Shown: positions 9,554-24,069, numbered from the whole stretch's first letter. The stretch is DNA of 63,216 nt, filler included, from Piedraia hortae CBS 480.64 (GCA_010093745.1; 3 parts of 3 records of this genome joined end to end with filler, not necessarily neighbours in it), one strand, 5' to 3'. Notes: generated by a model not told the origin, from the letters alone. A program made the numbers and translations.

Positions 9554-12500
9554 ATGCCATCGGTGCCACCGCCGCCCCCACCTCCGCCCGGATGGTCAGC
9601 GGATTCAGTGCCCGGAGCTCCGCCCGGACACTCTTTGGCACCCCCCCCGCCGCCATCGTTTAAGCCGAAGCTCGACCCCGCCACGGCGAAGCTACTGGAG
9701 AAGAAGCAGCGATGGATCAGGCAGCAGAGGCAACGGTTCGCGACCAAGCGGCGCAGCGGCGCGGTGGCAACGCAGAAGCCCATCTTGCCTGCCGAACATT
9801 TACGAAAGATAATCAAGGATATTGGCGACGTTTCACAGAAAAAGTACAGTAACGACAAGCGCAGCTACTTGGGCGCGCTCAAGTACATGCCACATGCGGT
9901 GCTGAAGCTGCTGGAAAACATGCCGATGCCGTGGGAGAGTCAGCGTACGGTGCGAGTGTTGTACCATGTCGGCGGTTACCTGACGTTGGTCAACGAGGTG
10001 CCGCGGGTCATTGAGCCCGTCTTCTTCGCGCAGTGGGCGACGATGTGGGTGGTAATGCGCAATGAGAAGTCTAACCGCCGACTGTTCAAGCGCATGCGCT
10101 TCCCGCCTTTTGACAATGACGAGCCGCCGCTGTCGTGGTCGGACAATATTGAGGACGTTGAGCCACAGGAGCCGGTGCAGATGGAGCTGGACGACGAGGA
10201 CGATGCGGCCGTCATGGAATGGTTCTATGACCACCGCCCTCTCGTAGACACGTCGCACGTCAACGGACCCAGCTACCGCCGCTGGAACCTAACGCTCCCG
10301 CAGATGACGACCCTGCACCGTCTCAGCCACCCGCTGCTATCGGACGTGGTGGATCCGAATAGTTTCTATCTCTTTGACCGTGCCACGTTTGCCACTGCCA
10401 AGGCTCTAAACGTCGCTGTTCCCGGAGGCCCGCGATTTGAGCCGCTGTTCAAGGATGTAGACCCAGCTGACGAGGACTTTGGGGAATTCAACTCGATTGA
10501 CCGCATAATTTTTCGCATGCCCATCAAGACCGAGTACAAAGTAGCCTTTCCACATCTCTACAACAGTCTGCCAAGGAAGATTGAGCTGGGCGTCTATTCC
10601 CGGCCACAGGTGGTGTATGTGAGGGCTGAAGATCCTGCTGAGCCGCCCTTTTACTTTGGCCCCGACATTAACCCCATTTCATCCCGCGCTGTGGCGCCAA
10701 AGAACGTCAGCGTAACCCATGAGGACGTCCTTTTTGGCAAGGGCAGCAACGAGGAGCCCGTGTCCGAGGACGGGGAAGAGCTCTTCTCCTTACCCGACGA
10801 AATGATGCCGTTCTTGGCTGATGCGGAGCTGGCTAATGAGGATACCGCGGCCGCCATTGCGCTGTGGTGGGCACCTTATCCGTTTGACCAGCGCAGTGGT
10901 AGAATGGTCAGGGCCCAAGACGTGCCATTAATCAAGCACTTTTACCTTGAACATCCCCCAAGAGATCCCCCTATCAAGGTCAGGGTTTCTTACCAAAAGT
11001 TGCTGAAGAGCTTCGTCCTCAATGAGCTGCACAAGCGACCGACAAAGGCCCAGAACAAACAGGACATGTGTCGCAGTCTCAAGGGCACCAAGTTTTTCCA
11101 ACAGACTGAAATCGATTGGGTCGAGGCTGGTCTTCAAGTATGTCGGCAAGGATTCAACATGCTCAATCTCCTCATCCACCGCAAAAACCTGACTTATCTG
11201 CATCTGGACTACAACTTCAACCTGAAGCCGATCAAAACACTGACCACCAAAGAGCGCAAAAAGTCCCGTTTCGGCAACGCCTTTCACCTCATGCGTGAGA
11301 TCCTCCGACTGACAAAACTCATAGTCGATGCTCAGGTGCAGTATCGGTTGGGCAACATTGATGCTTTCCTGCTAGCAGATGGCATTCTGTACGCCTTTAA
11401 CCACGTCGGTCAACTCACGGGAATGTACAGGTACAAGTACAAGTTGATGCACCAAATCCGCTCGTGTAAAGACCTCAAGCATCTCATATACTACCGCTTC
11501 AACGCTGGGCCAGTTGGCAAGGGCCCCGGCTGTGGCTTCTGGGCACCAGCCTGGAGGGTATGGCTCTTTTTCCTCCGCGGTGTGGTTCCTCTGCTGCAGA
11601 GATGGCTGGGAAACCTGCTGTCCAGGCAGTTTGAAGGCCGACATTCCAAGGGAGTGGCCAAGACCGTCACCAAGCAGCGTGTAGAGTCGCACTTTGACCT
11701 CGAGCTTCGCGCTTCCGTCATGGCCGACATCACGGACATGATGCCCGAGGGTATCAAGCAGAACAAGGTGAATACTGTGCTGCAACACTTGAGTGAGGCG
11801 TGGCGATGCTGGAAGTCCAACATCCCGTGGAAGGTACCCGGTCTGCCGAAGCCCATCGAGGACGTTATCTTGCGGTACGTCAAGTCCAAGGCGGACTGGT
11901 GGGTAAGCGTTGCACATTATAACCGCGAACGCATTCGACGGGGCGCTACCGTTGACAAGACCGTGGCAAAGAAGAATCTCGGCCGCCTCACTCGGTTGTG
12001 GTTGAAAGCAGAGCAGGAGAGACAGCACAATTTCCTCAAAGACGGCCCTTACATCAGCACAGAAGAGAGCGTGGCCATCTTCACCACCGTCGTGCACTGG
12101 TTGGAAAGCCGCAAGTTTCAGCCCATTCCCTTTCCGCCAGTGAGCTACAAGCACGACACCAAGATCTTGACCCTGGCACTGGAACGGCTGCGTGAGTCGT
12201 ACTCGGTCAAGGGCCGGCTGAACCAGTCGCAGCGCGAGGAACTTGCGTTGATCGAACAGGCCTACGATTCACCGGGTACAACGCTGACGCGTATCAAGCA
12301 ACATTTGGTCATGCAGCGAGCGTTCAAGGAGGTGGGCATCGATATGAATGACAACTATACCTCGATCAATCCCGTGTATGATATCGAACCCATTGAGAAG
12401 ATTACGGATGCCTATCTCGACCAATATCTGTGGTACCAGGCAGATCAGCGAAGGCTCTTCCCACCATGGATCAAGCCGTCCGACTCGGAGGTTCCGCCCT

Positions 12501-15500
12501 TGCTTACGTACAAATGGGCACAGGGCATCAACAACCTCAGCAACGTCTGGTCTGTGGACGAGGGCGAGTGCAACGTCCTGCTCGAGACGCGCCTCGACAA
12601 GGTGTACGAAAAGGTTGACCACATTCTGCTGGGCAGGCTGCTACGTCTGATCATGGATCAAGGTCTTGCTACGTACATTGCGTCCAAGAACAACGTGCAG
12701 CTGAGCTACAAGGACATGAACCATGTCAACCACTATGGCATGATCCGTGGACTGCAGTTTTCCGCCTTTGTTTTCCAGTATTGGGGCCTGGCCATTGATC
12801 TTCTCCTGCTAGGTCTGCAAAGGGCCACCGACTTGGTCGGTCCGCCGAGCGCACCAAATGACTTTCTGCAGTTCCGTGATCGGGAGACGGAAACGAGACA
12901 TCCGATCCGACTCTACACCAGGTACATTGACAAGATTTGGATCTTCTTCCGCTTCACCGCCGAAGAGAATCGCGACCTAATCCAGCGGTTCTTGACGGAG
13001 CACCCGGACCCCAACTTTGAAAACATTGTAGGTTACAAGAACAAAAAATGCTGGCCTCGAGACAGCCGAATGCGGCTCATGAGGCACGATGTCAACCTTG
13101 GGCGGGCCGTCTTCTGGGATATGAAGAACCGCCTTCCACGGTCAGTGACGACGATTGAGTGGGATGATTCCTTTGTCTCGGTCTACTCTCGGGACAATCC
13201 TAATCTGCTGTTCAGCATGATGGGCTTCGAGGTCCGCATCTTGCCCAAGTGCAGGAACCAGAACGAGGAGTTCCAGGTCAAGGATTCAGTCTGGGCTTTG
13301 GTCGACAACCAGACCAAGGAGCGCACCGCACACGCGTTTTTGCAGGTGAGCGAGGAGGACATTACCAAGTTCAACAACCGCATTCGGCAGATTCTCATGA
13401 GCTCCGGCTCCACGACGTTTACCAAGATTGCCAACAAATGGAACACTGCGCTCATCGCCCTGTTTACCTACTACCGCGAGGCGGCGGCAAGCACCGTAAA
13501 CCTGCTGGACGCGATTGTCAAGTGCGAGACCAAGATCCAGACGCGGGTCAAGATTGGACTCAACTCCAAGATGCCCAGTCGCTTCCCGCCCGCCGTCTTC
13601 TACACGCCAAAGGAGCTGGGTGGGCTGGGCATGATCTCTGGCTCTCACATCCTCATTCCCGCCAGCGACAAGAGGTGGAGCAAGCAGACGGACACGGGGA
13701 TCAAGCACTATCGTGCCGGCATGAACTCTGGCGTCGACGAAGAAACGCTTATCCCCAACATCTTCCGCTACATCATCCCCTGGGAGGCTGAATTCATCGA
13801 TTCGCAGCGTGTGTGGACCGAGTACAGCCAGAAGCGTTTGGAAGCCAACCAGCAGAACCGGCGGCTAACGCTCGAAGACTTGGAAGACAGCTGGGACCGC
13901 GGCCTACCACGCATTAATACGCTCTTCCAAAAGGACCGCAGCACACTGTCGTTTGACAAGGGGTTCCGAGCCCGCACCGAGTTCAAAATCTACCAGCACA
14001 TGAAGAGCAACCCGTTCTGGTGGACCAGCCAACGCCACGATGGGAAGCTGTGGAACCTGAACTCGCTCAGAACAGATGTAATCCAGGCTTTGGGCGGAGT
14101 GGAAAACATCTTGGAGCACACCCTTTTCAAGGCCACGGGATTCCCTTCGTGGGAGGGCCTGTTCTGGGAACGAGCAAGCGGATTTGAGGAGTCGATGAAG
14201 TTCAAGAAGCTCACCAATGCACAGCGACAGGGTCTGTCGCAGATTTCCAATCGTAGGTTCTGCCTGTGGTGGTCGCCCACCATCAACAGAGCAAACATCT
14301 ACGTTGGTTTCCAGGTGCAGATTGATCTTACGGGCATATTCCTGCACGGGAAGATCCCCACCCTCAAGATCTCCCTCATCCAGATCTTCCGAGCCCATCT
14401 GTGGCAAAAGATCCACGAGGCCGTAGTCATGGACTTGTGTCAGGTGTTTGATCGTTCGCTTGACGATCTCAAGATTGAGACTGTACAGAAAGAGGCCATT
14501 CATCCGAGAAAGTCGTACCACATGAACTCGTCGTGCGCAGACATTCTGCTCTTTGCCAGCCACAAGTGGAGCGTCAGCGACCCGAGTCTGCTGTACGATG
14601 CAGATAATGTCAGCACGATAACGACGAACAAGTTCTGGATTGACGTGCAGCTGCGTTACGGTGACTACGACTCGCACGATATCCAGCGTTATGTGAGGTC
14701 CAAATACCTGGACTATACCACAGACTCCATGTCCATCTACCCGTCGCCCACTGGCCTCCTGATTGGTATTGATCTCGCCTACAACCTCTACTCGGCATAC
14801 GGCCACTTCTTCACTGGCTTGAAGCAGCTGGTGCAGGAGTCGATGGCCAAGATCATGAAGGCCAATCCCGCCCTCCACGTCCTCCGGGAGCGCATCCGCA
14901 AAGGTCTTCAGTTATATGCGGCCGAGAGCAACCAAGAGTTTCTCAACTCGCAAAACTACTCGGCGCTGTTCAACGATCGCATCCAGCTGTTCATCGATGA
15001 CACCAATGTTTACCGCGTTACGATCCACAAGACGTTTGAAGGCAATCTCACAACGAAGCCCATCAACGGCGCAATCTTCATATTCAACCCGAAGACGGGT
15101 CAACTCTTCTTGAAGATCATCCACACCAGCGCTTGGGCTGGGCAGAAGCGTCTGGGCCAACTGGCCAAATGGAAGACGGCCGAAGAGGTTGCCGCGCTGA
15201 TCCGCTCACTGCCTGTCGAGGAGCAGCCAAAGGAGCTGATTGTCACTCGCAAGGGGCTGCTCGACCCGTTGGAAGTTCATTTGCTAGACTTCCCCAACAT
15301 TGGCATTCGTGCATCGGAGCTGCAACTTCCTTTCCAAGCGGCGATGAAGGTCGAAAAGCTCGGCGATATGATCCTCCGTGCAACCGAGCCGCAGATGGTA
15401 CTGTTCAATCTCTATGACGAGTGGCTGAAGAACATCCCGAGCTTCACTGCCTTCTCGCGTCTGATCCTCATCCTGCGGGCGCTGCACGTGAACCAGGACA

Positions 15501-16669
15501 AGGCCAAGCTTCTGCTGCGGCCAGATAGGACGGTGATTACGCAGGAGCATCATATTTGGCCGACGCTCTCCGACGAAGATTGGATCAAGGTAGAAGTGCA
15601 GTTGCGTGATCTCATTCTCAACGATTACGGCAGGAAGAACAATGTCAACACGTCCTCGCTCACCAACAGCGAGATTCGTGACATCATTCTCGGCATGGAG
15701 ATCTCGGCTCCGTCGATGCAGAGACAACAAGCCGCCGAGATTGAGCAGCAGCAACAGGAGCAGGCACACGTTACGGCCGTGACGACAAGGACACAGAACG
15801 TTCGGGGCGAGGAAATGATTTCCACAACCCTTTCAGCGTACGAGCGCCAGGACTTTGCGTCAAAGACGGACTGGCGAACCCGTGCCATTGCCGCCAGCAA
15901 CCTGCTCACCCGTGCCAATACCATCTACATCAACTCGGAGGATGTGCGTGACGAGGACGATAAGTTCAAGTTTGTGATTCCAAAGAACCTCTTGAAGAAA
16001 TTTATTGATATAGCCGACTTACGGGTACAAGTAGCTGGCTATCTGTACGGGAAGAGCCCCGAGGACAACGCACAGGTTAAGGAAATCAAATGCATCGTCA
16101 TGGTTCCACAGGTGGGTGGCACGACGGACGTGCAGCTTCCGCGTGAGCTGCCGAGGAACAAGAGTCTCCATAACCTGGAGCCTCTCGGGCTTATCCACAC
16201 AAGTGCGGGTAGCGAGACTCGGTACATGAAGGCTCAAGACGTGACGCAACATGCCCGGTTGATGGCAGCACATGAGAGCTGGAACGCCACAACGGTGACG
16301 ATGACGATCAACTTCACCCCAGGTTCAGTCTCACTATCAGCGTGGTCGCTTACGCCCAAAGGCTATGAGTGGGGCGCCAGCAACAAAGACATGTCTTCGG
16401 AGCAGCCGGCTGGATTTTCAACCAACTTTGGAGAGAAGTGCGAGCTCATCCTATCTGATAGGATACGGGGCTACTTTTTAGTCCCCGAAGACGAGCGCTG
16501 GAACTGGGGGTTTCTTGGCTCTGGCTTTGGTGAGCGACAAAAGGGTCCGGTGTACGTCAACGTTGGCGTTCCGCAGCGTTTCTATGCCCATATTCATCGG
16601 CCGGTTCACTTTCAGACCTTTGCCGAGTTGGAGGACATTTGGGTTGAACGGAATGACTATCTGGAGTAG
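9554..16669 (+). CDS. PRP8: pre-mRNA-processing splicing factor 8
   Basis: Uninterrupted ~2370-aa ORF with Pro-rich N-terminus, [39 protein letters not shown], RNase H-like and MPN regions; first ATG at 9554; no intein. Confidence 0.98.
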   Translation: MPSVPPPPPPPPGWSADSVPGAPPGHSLAPPPPPSFKPKLDPATAKLLEKKQRWIRQQRQRFATKRRSGAVATQKPILPAEHLRKIIKDIGDVSQKKYSNDKRSYLGALKYMPHAVLKLLENMPMPWESQRTVRVLYHVGGYLTLVNEVPRVIEPVFFAQWATMWVVMRNEKSNRRLFKRMRFPPFDNDEPPLSWSDNIEDVEPQEPVQMELDDEDDAAVMEWFYDHRPLVDTSHVNGPSYRRWNLTLPQMTTLHRLSHPLLSDVVDPNSFYLFDRATFATAKALNVAVPGGPRFEPLFKDVDPADEDFGEFNSIDRIIFRMPIKTEYKVAFPHLYNSLPRKIELGVYSRPQVVYVRAEDPAEPPFYFGPDINPISSRAVAPKNVSVTHEDVLFGKGSNEEPVSEDGEELFSLPDEMMPFLADAELANEDTAAAIALWWAPYPFDQRSGRMVRAQDVPLIKHFYLEHPPRDPPIKVRVSYQKLLKSFVLNELHKRPTKAQNKQDMCRSLKGTKFFQQTEIDWVEAGLQVCRQGFNMLNLLIHRKNLTYLHLDYNFNLKPIKTLTTKERKKSRFGNAFHLMREILRLTKLIVDAQVQYRLGNIDAFLLADGILYAFNHVGQLTGMYRYKYKLMHQIRSCKDLKHLIYYRFNAGPVGKGPGCGFWAPAWRVWLFFLRGVVPLLQRWLGNLLSRQFEGRHSKGVAKTVTKQRVESHFDLELRASVMADITDMMPEGIKQNKVNTVLQHLSEAWRCWKSNIPWKVPGLPKPIEDVILRYVKSKADWWVSVAHYNRERIRRGATVDKTVAKKNLGRLTRLWLKAEQERQHNFLKDGPYISTEESVAIFTTVVHWLESRKFQPIPFPPVSYKHDTKILTLALERLRESYSVKGRLNQSQREELALIEQAYDSPGTTLTRIKQHLVMQRAFKEVGIDMNDNYTSINPVYDIEPIEKITDAYLDQYLWYQADQRRLFPPWIKPSDSEVPPLLTYKWAQGINNLSNVWSVDEGECNVLLETRLDKVYEKVDHILLGRLLRLIMDQGLATYIASKNNVQLSYKDMNHVNHYGMIRGLQFSAFVFQYWGLAIDLLLLGLQRATDLVGPPSAPNDFLQFRDRETETRHPIRLYTRYIDKIWIFFRFTAEENRDLIQRFLTEHPDPNFENIVGYKNKKCWPRDSRMRLMRHDVNLGRAVFWDMKNRLPRSVTTIEWDDSFVSVYSRDNPNLLFSMMGFEVRILPKCRNQNEEFQVKDSVWALVDNQTKERTAHAFLQVSEEDITKFNNRIRQILMSSGSTTFTKIANKWNTALIALFTYYREAAASTVNLLDAIVKCETKIQTRVKIGLNSKMPSRFPPAVFYTPKELGGLGMISGSHILIPASDKRWSKQTDTGIKHYRAGMNSGVDEETLIPNIFRYIIPWEAEFIDSQRVWTEYSQKRLEANQQNRRLTLEDLEDSWDRGLPRINTLFQKDRSTLSFDKGFRARTEFKIYQHMKSNPFWWTSQRHDGKLWNLNSLRTDVIQALGGVENILEHTLFKATGFPSWEGLFWERASGFEESMKFKKLTNAQRQGLSQISNRRFCLWWSPTINRANIYVGFQVQIDLTGIFLHGKIPTLKISLIQIFRAHLWQKIHEAVVMDLCQVFDRSLDDLKIETVQKEAIHPRKSYHMNSSCADILLFASHKWSVSDPSLLYDADNVSTITTNKFWIDVQLRYGDYDSHDIQRYVRSKYLDYTTDSMSIYPSPTGLLIGIDLAYNLYSAYGHFFTGLKQLVQESMAKIMKANPALHVLRERIRKGLQLYAAESNQEFLNSQNYSALFNDRIQLFIDDTNVYRVTIHKTFEGNLTTKPINGAIFIFNPKTGQLFLKIIHTSAWAGQKRLGQLAKWKTAEEVAALIRSLPVEEQPKELIVTRKGLLDPLEVHLLDFPNIGIRASELQLPFQAAMKVEKLGDMILRATEPQMVLFNLYDEWLKNIPSFTAFSRLILILRALHVNQDKAKLLLRPDRTVITQEHHIWPTLSDEDWIKVEVQLRDLILNDYGRKNNVNTSSLTNSEIRDIILGMEISAPSMQRQQAAEIEQQQQEQAHVTAVTTRTQNVRGEEMISTTLSAYERQDFASKTDWRTRAIAASNLLTRANTIYINSEDVRDEDDKFKFVIPKNLLKKFIDIADLRVQVAGYLYGKSPEDNAQVKEIKCIVMVPQVGGTTDVQLPRELPRNKSLHNLEPLGLIHTSAGSETRYMKAQDVTQHARLMAAHESWNATTVTMTINFTPGSVSLSAWSLTPKGYEWGASNKDMSSEQPAGFSTNFGEKCELILSDRIRGYFLVPEDERWNWGFLGSGFGERQKGPVYVNVGVPQRFYAHIHRPVHFQTFAELEDIWVERNDYLE

Positions 16670-16828
16670 ATGGGAGTGTACGATAGCTGTAATACATACG
16701 CAGTTGTATTAATGGTGGACAAGTGTCCCAAACGATCAGTATTCATATTGTCTGTCCTTGTGCATCGAAAACCATTTATCATCAACATAAAATTACAAAA
16801 TCATTGAAACCCATCAATTATCTAACCC

Positions 16829-17996
16829 TCAAGGCGGCTTGGACGAAGTCGCCAGCCTTGTCTCGCCCTCCCCCTCCTCCTGCTGCTGCATCAAACCCCG
16901 CTGCTGGTCCTGCATCGCCTCAGCCTCCAATTCCTCAGCCTTATCCTTACACGCGACGGCTGAAAACCCTGTCCCAACCTTTCCCGAAATAATCCGCCAC
17001 TTATCCTGTTCATACTCCATTATCGCCGTCCTCAACTTTTGAACCTGTCTCCGTCAATCCCTCATCCCACAAATCAAAATGCTTGGAAGCAAAAAAAAAA
17101 AAACATACCGTCTCATCCGTCCACGCATTGGACTTTACTTTTAGTTTGGTACAATACCTAACCTGCAACGTGCCTGAACTCCGTCCGGGGAAGAAATCCG
17201 CAATCTGTTTCCACGAGAGGTTCCTTGTTTCTTTTAGCTCTACGAGCAATGCATCGTCTTCGGCCGTGAATTTTAGTTTGGGACCTTTGGGACGGGGTGC
17301 GGGCGCGGGCATCCCCGGCTGGCCTACTACGCTTGGAGGACCGTTTTCGTCTATGGGGTCGGAGGCTATGCGGCGGGTTTTGGTTGGTGGGGGTTGGTTT
17401 GGGAGGCGGTGGTGGTGGTGGTGGATTGCTATGCTGCCTGGTTGGGGGGATGAGGAGTATGATCCCTGTGGACGTGGGAGGGATGGGACGTGGGGTTGAA
17501 GACGGATTGGGGTTTGGTAAGGTGGACAGTCATACGGATTGTCACTTGCTTGACTTCGTTTGCGGGGGTTGTGTCGTGGTTGAGGCTGGAGGAGTTCAGC
17601 GTCTTCGTAGGGTGTTCCGTATTGGGAGGAGACTCGGGATGAGGGCCTGGCATGGTGTTCGGTTTGGGGAGTTATCGCTGGTTGCCCCAACTCGTATGTT
17701 GGAGCTGCGGGATCGTGTGAAGGAAGCATTGTTGGAGGAGCATATTGCGGATAAGAAGGCCCAGGAGTCTGGACATATTGCTGCTGAGGCGCAAATCCTT
17801 GGGAGAGTAGTTGGCGATACGCCGTCGACGCCGGCGGCGGCGGTTGGCCTTCCTCGTGCCGCTGACTAGGGCCGCCATAGCCATAGTCAAAGTGATCGTA
17901 AGGGTCCGCCAGGGTGGCAGTCACCCATGCAAAGCGGTCCAAGCCTCTATCAACGTTCGGCTTCGGGAGTTGTCTAACCTCACGGCCCGGCGACAA
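16829..17996 (-). CDS. Myb-like DNA-binding protein (5' end uncertain)
   Basis: KLKFTAEDDALLVELKE..WKQIADFFPGRSSGTLQVRYCTKL; intron 17108-17045 (GTATGT..CAG) joins WTDET to VQKLRTAIMEYEQDKWRIISGKVG. Confidence 0.85.
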
Positions 17997-19715
17997 TCAT
18001 CCGGTCACTTGGTCGGGGAATAAAAGTCAAGCGCTCCCAGGAAGAGGGAAAAGCAAATAATGGGCATAGAGGGCCCCCAAACGAGAAGTAAGAGGAGGGA
18101 AAAAAAAGGACAAGCACCAAGGTGGCAAGATCCTTCCCCCGTCTGATGCATATCGCCAGAGCACGGAGGGCCGCTTCGTCGCCACCAAGATGCTTCAACA
18201 CCCGAATGAAGGTGTTTTTGGTTTTCAAATTTGGCTTTCAAAGGTCCACATTGGATCATCTGCCCATCATTGGTGCAGCAGCCGGTCCCCACGGGACTGC
18301 GTGCTGGAGCGGACACGGCATTCGCTCCATGCAGGAACTGTAAGACGGCCCCCCCCCCCTCTCCCCGTAGATACGGCACCAACAGAGTTTGTCTCTGGCG
18401 GCAGGGTGACGACGCGCTGACGATTTTCCATGAGCGGTAACGAAATTTTCAGGGCACCCAGCTTTCAGCCCCAAGGGCGACGTTGCTGCTGCCGTTTCAG
18501 ATTGCCTTTTTTTGCAAACTGTGCGTCGTCGTTGGAGACCCAGCCGTGCACCGTTGACCGATGCCGTCGGCGCCGCCCGCGCAGCAATGGCGCACGTTGA
18601 AAAAAAAAAGCCTCGACAATCGGCACTTGCCCGCCCTGTAGAGATGTAAAGGGCCACCTCCTCGGCGGCTTCCAACAGCCCAATGTCCGGAAAGGATAAC
18701 CGGCTGCTGCATTATAGGCAGGGATGAGCCTTTTTGAAGCGCGGTAGAGTTCTGCAAGTCGGTGAAGCTGCACCAGGACATGGAGCACTGGTGAGGGAAG
18801 GCGGCGCAGAGGGTTCCCGGATAAGCTTAACAGGCCATCATCTTGGTCTAGGAAAAACATCTCGAAGATTGCTTCAACCAAGGAGGAGCTGGCGATTATC
18901 CGCAGGGTCTAAGCCCGGCCGCATCGATTCCCGGGGACGGGTGAATGCATGCTTAGAAAGCGGCCGGGCAGGGCGCAAACTTACCAGCCAGCTTTGACTT
19001 TTTGCTGCAATTCCAAAAATGAACCTGTCTCTGCAGCAGGCCGGCCCAGACGGTTTTGTGTTGTTGTGGACCTGCTCGTCTGATTCTTCAACGATGCAGC
19101 CCTCAAACCGCGTTATTGTCATGATAATTACATGGATCCATTCAGGCACTGATTCCATAATTAATGCCTTCCGCGATCTGCTCGTCATGCTTCTTCATGA
19201 CCAAGTGCAGTCTTCGTGTAGCATGAGGCGCATGGAGGACCCATGCGAACTCGTTGGGCGTGCATGCTGATGCTAAAGATGGCTCCGGAAGCCGACATTC
19301 AACGTGCAGACGGCTCCAGAGGTACATTCAACCTGTCGACAGGGAGCAAAGATTCGCTACATGGGAGATCGTCTACCTGCATTACCCGATCACTTGGTCG
19401 TTGGGTGATCTTCAGCGGGGGTATATCTGCCTAGGACAATGCCGCTCTATGCGCAGGTCGCGCACTGTGCGTCGTCAATGTCCCCGAGCGCAATGCAGCC
19501 TTTGTGCACCGTGGCTGGATAACGGCCGTTGCTCAATGGAATACCTACGTGTTTCGTGACTATTGACCCGATCTGGCCAGACGCCTGTCTGATCAATTGC
19601 AAAGGCAGTCAGCTGAGCCTTTGCAGAACAGTACCTCCGCGGCGCATCCTACTATATCTTACATAGCATTGCTGGTATATTACAGAGGCTGTCAACACTC
19701 GGAACAACTTGTTCA

Positions 19716-20357
19716 TCACCGACCTTTGCCCCATCCAATCGGCACGAGGGCCGCAGCAACTTCTTGTGGGCCTCGTTCGGTGGCGAGCATGTTGAACTGC
19801 GCAGCCGCATTCCGCGTGTCTTGAACATCCAGCTTGATGCCTAACCCATTGATATGTTGCCTCAATGCTGTACTCACGGGCGCAAGACTGTGCCCCGTTC
19901 CCAGGATGAGCAAATCTGGTCTAGGCCAGATCAATTCAAACACACCCCAAGAACGGTTCTCCAAATGGAATTGCCCTTTGTCGTTCACTAGACTACGACT
20001 TTCAACGGTGCCTCCTTTCTCGTTCCCCGTGTGCGGATGCCATGCAAATGCTTCGCCCCCAACGAGCAAAATGCCAGCATCGGCAACTCTGATCCCATTC
20101 TCGAGTACGAATCCGTTGTTTGTGCATGAGTCTACTGCCATGGCCGGAGGAGGAACGTCTGAGTATATGTCCATCGCACCGAAATCGGTTTGAGTGGTTT
20201 CCATGCTGGGCGGTCCCCGACCGCGTGGCCGAGGGGAATGTGATAAGCGGATCTGATGGGCATGAAATTGACTAGTTTGTGATGCTAATGCAGGCAATCG
20301 ACCCAACACTGAGCTGCGTAGGTATGGAACGTGTAATATTCGGTGGATTAGTGCCAT
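19716..20357 (-). CDS. NDUFAF3: complex I assembly factor NDUFAF3 / Mth938 (DUF498) family
   Basis: PRPDLLILGTG, DVQDTRNAAAQFNMLATER, VAAAL motifs; presequence-like N-terminus from ATG 20357. Confidence 0.85.
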   Translation of the reverse strand: MALIHRILHVPYLRSSVLGRLPALASQTSQFHAHQIRLSHSPRPRGRGPPSMETTQTDFGAMDIYSDVPPPAMAVDSCTNNGFVLENGIRVADAGILLVGGEAFAWHPHTGNEKGGTVESRSLVNDKGQFHLENRSWGVFELIWPRPDLLILGTGHSLAPVSTALRQHINGLGIKLDVQDTRNAAAQFNMLATERGPQEVAAALVPIGWGKGR

Positions 20358-20667
20358 CTTGCAAAGCGGTGCAGTGCCCACGAGTCAGTCACTGGTGATC
20401 GATTTATAATGCGGAGTTGTTCCGCCCAAGCTCTAATAGCCAATCACGATACACGCTTGACTTTGATGGAAACTAGTCTGAAAGGCGCGTGCACATCTAC
20501 AAAACGTCTGGAAAGCATAGTCATGTAGAAAAACGAATCATTACAGCAAAGTGTCAACTCCATTGTCATTAGCTAAAGCTAACCACTTCGCCCGTCTACC
20601 TGTACAAACTCCTGGAACGCCATCCTGTTCATAAGCCCGGCAGACGACTTAAACATCCCGACAGCAT

Positions 20668-21128
<461 letters not shown>

Positions 21129-21503
21129 TGTTGATGATGAATGTTAAAGAGTAGTGGGTTTGAAGTGATGCGATGTAAGTCGTGCGAGTGTGTGGTAGTG
21201 TTGTTGTTGTGAGAAAGAGAACAAGGCACCGTGGCGCATTAATACAATTGTGGGGCAAACATAATCAATCCAATCAATCCGGCGCTAGTGAGTCATATCA
21301 CAAATCGCGTTAGCGCGATCACCGAACGCGCCCTCGCGTTTTGATTTGCAAACCACGACGCGTCTGCCTAAAAGCCCGCCCGTTCTTTTGTTCTCTTCCT
21401 TCTCCTCACCACTAACAACTCCCAAACAACAAGCTTCGTGCAGTTTCCATCAACAATAACAACAACATCTCTCACGAACATCGAAAACACCTTTTCATTC
21501 ATC
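21129..21503. promoter_or_regulatory. bidirectional H3/H4 promoter
   Basis: Lies between divergent histone genes; contains CCAAT and several CGCG/ACGCGT (MCB-like) motifs at about 21265-21365. Confidence 0.7.
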
Positions 21504-21867
<364 letters not shown>

Positions 21868-22418
21868 GGGTGGAACAACAGGCACTCCAGTGTGTGTAAT
21901 GGCAAGGTGTTAGGCGCTGCGGCGAGGGCATGTTGGCAGTTCGAATTGACTAACGGTGCACGGGTTGGTTTGCTGTAACATAGGTCCTCCAATGGCGGCG
22001 TCTTTACGCCCATGATACCCATAGCTAATTAATTTAGCGTTCATGTGCACTTTCTCGTCTCTGTGATTCGCATTGTTGATATGTAGCGCCCGTTCTTATC
22101 ATCCAGCCCCGCTGCTTACATAAGCTTATACGTGATGTCATCCGTCTGTACCACAATATGGAAGAAGGATTGTGCATTTTGCTGTGGAGCGAATGCAGAA
22201 CCGTGCAGAGCAGCAGAGTAGGCTTATATCAATCCATTCGACCAGTCCTTACGGGAATTAGTGCTAGCAGACATGTCGGTCAACTGCACCTAGGAGATCT
22301 GCCCGGTTATAAGCGGACTTCCTTTTTCCCAGATAAGACGCAGAATTCCAAGCCATTGCATCAACATTTGGAATCCATACTTGAAGCATCTTCTTCCCCC
22401 CTCTACCTCACCTCCAGC

Positions 22419-24069
22419 ATGACTTGGCTATCGTTTTGTCTTTTTGCGTTGGCCAGTAGCCCAATCGCGGCCGTGACTGCTGCGACCAACCGCAGCGCCA
22501 TAAACTATGTTGCTCGCACGATTGATATGCCCGTCAGTCTACTCAAAACTTTTCAACGGTACAAAAACTGATCATTAGAGATCGATCACTTTCCCCACGA
22601 CGATCGTTATGCACCGCACACGAATAAAACGTTCAAGCAGCGTTACTTTGTAGATGATTCTTATTACAGGCCTGGTGGACCCGTCTTTCTATACATCGGA
22701 GGCGAGACCAGCGGTGAAAGCCGATTCAGCAACATGCAAACAGGTATCATCCAAATCTTGATGGAAGCCACTTCCGGCCTGGGAGTCATCTTAGAAAATC
22801 GCTACTACGGCAAAAGCTTTCCTTTTGAAAGCTCAACCGTTGACGAGCTCCGGTTTTTGACCACTGAGCAAAGTATCGAATTGTGTCCACCATATGAGGA
22901 TTTTCTAACATACGACAGCTATCGCTGATAATGCTTACTTTGCGCAACACGCCTCATTTCCGGGCATAGACGCCAACTTGACGGCTCCAGGCACTCCTTG
23001 GATCATGTATGGCGGAAGTCTGGCCGGTGCCCAAACCGTTTACACCCTCGCAAAGTATGGAGGCAGAGGTGGTATAATCTGGGGTGGTATAGGTTCCAGT
23101 GCAACAACAGGATGCGCGTTGGGATATGACCAGTGGTATGCTCCTATTTTGAGATACGGTCCGCAAGATTGTGTGGGCAGCATTGTCAGCATCGTTGACA
23201 ACATTGACCGCATCTTTGCCACTGGCAACGATGCCCTCATTCGCAAGATGAAAGGCATCTTTGGGTTAGAAGACTTGAGTAATGGCGACTTTGCCATGAC
23301 CATTGCCTTCCCTATTGGAGGACCCATGTTCTATCCAACATATACATGGCAGGAACTGATCTGGAACCAAGAGACCCATGAAGACTTTTGGTACTTTTGC
23401 ACCAATGTGACGTCCGATACGTCCAAGTTCCGTGACATGGATTTCGAACTTGCGTCCCATACCGGGGGCAGACCATGGAAAAATCTGGGGAACTACGCAA
23501 ACTACATCAAAAGCTACATGATTCCTACCTGCAAGGACTCGATTCAATCGTGCTACGGCACGCAAAACCAGTCTAAATGGGCCGACGCCACCAATTCTGC
23601 AGACCGATCATACCTCTACTCAACCTGCACAGAGGGTGGAGCATATCAGGCCGCACCCAAACGTGGTCCCTCTCTCATTTCACGCGTATTGGATGTAAAC
23701 CGCACCCAGCAATGGTGTACCTGGGCCTTTCCTCCCGGAAAGTACAACAAAATCCCGCCAACACCGAAAATGTCTCAATGTGGTGATATCGTTGCTGATC
23801 GCTTGGCCCGAATAGACGGAGATCAGGACCCTTGGCTTGATCTCTGCTACTATTCACACAACGCACCAGAACGATACACCTACAGCGAGGAAGATGCTAT
23901 AATGCACCCACACATGCTCATTACCGGGGGTGGTCACCACTGGGACAGTCATGGAATCTTGAACGTGGAAGCGGAGCCCCAATTCATCAGAGAGGCCCAC
24001 CACTGGGAGATACGAATCGTGAAGAGGTGGTTGGCAGACTTCTGGAAGAACAAGAAGGGATATTACTGA
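22419..24069 (+). CDS. secreted serine peptidase, S28 family (3 exons)
   Basis: Signal peptide; IDHF, FKQRYF, GGPVFLYIGGE, ENRYYGKS, GGSLAG, DGDQDPW, GGHHWD motifs; introns 22533-22580 and 22873-22918. Confidence 0.9.

Noticed and set aside
18000..19700. Many 60-140 aa ORFs upstream of the Myb gene
   Set aside because: Homopolymer-rich with no coding signature; more likely a long regulatory or UTR region
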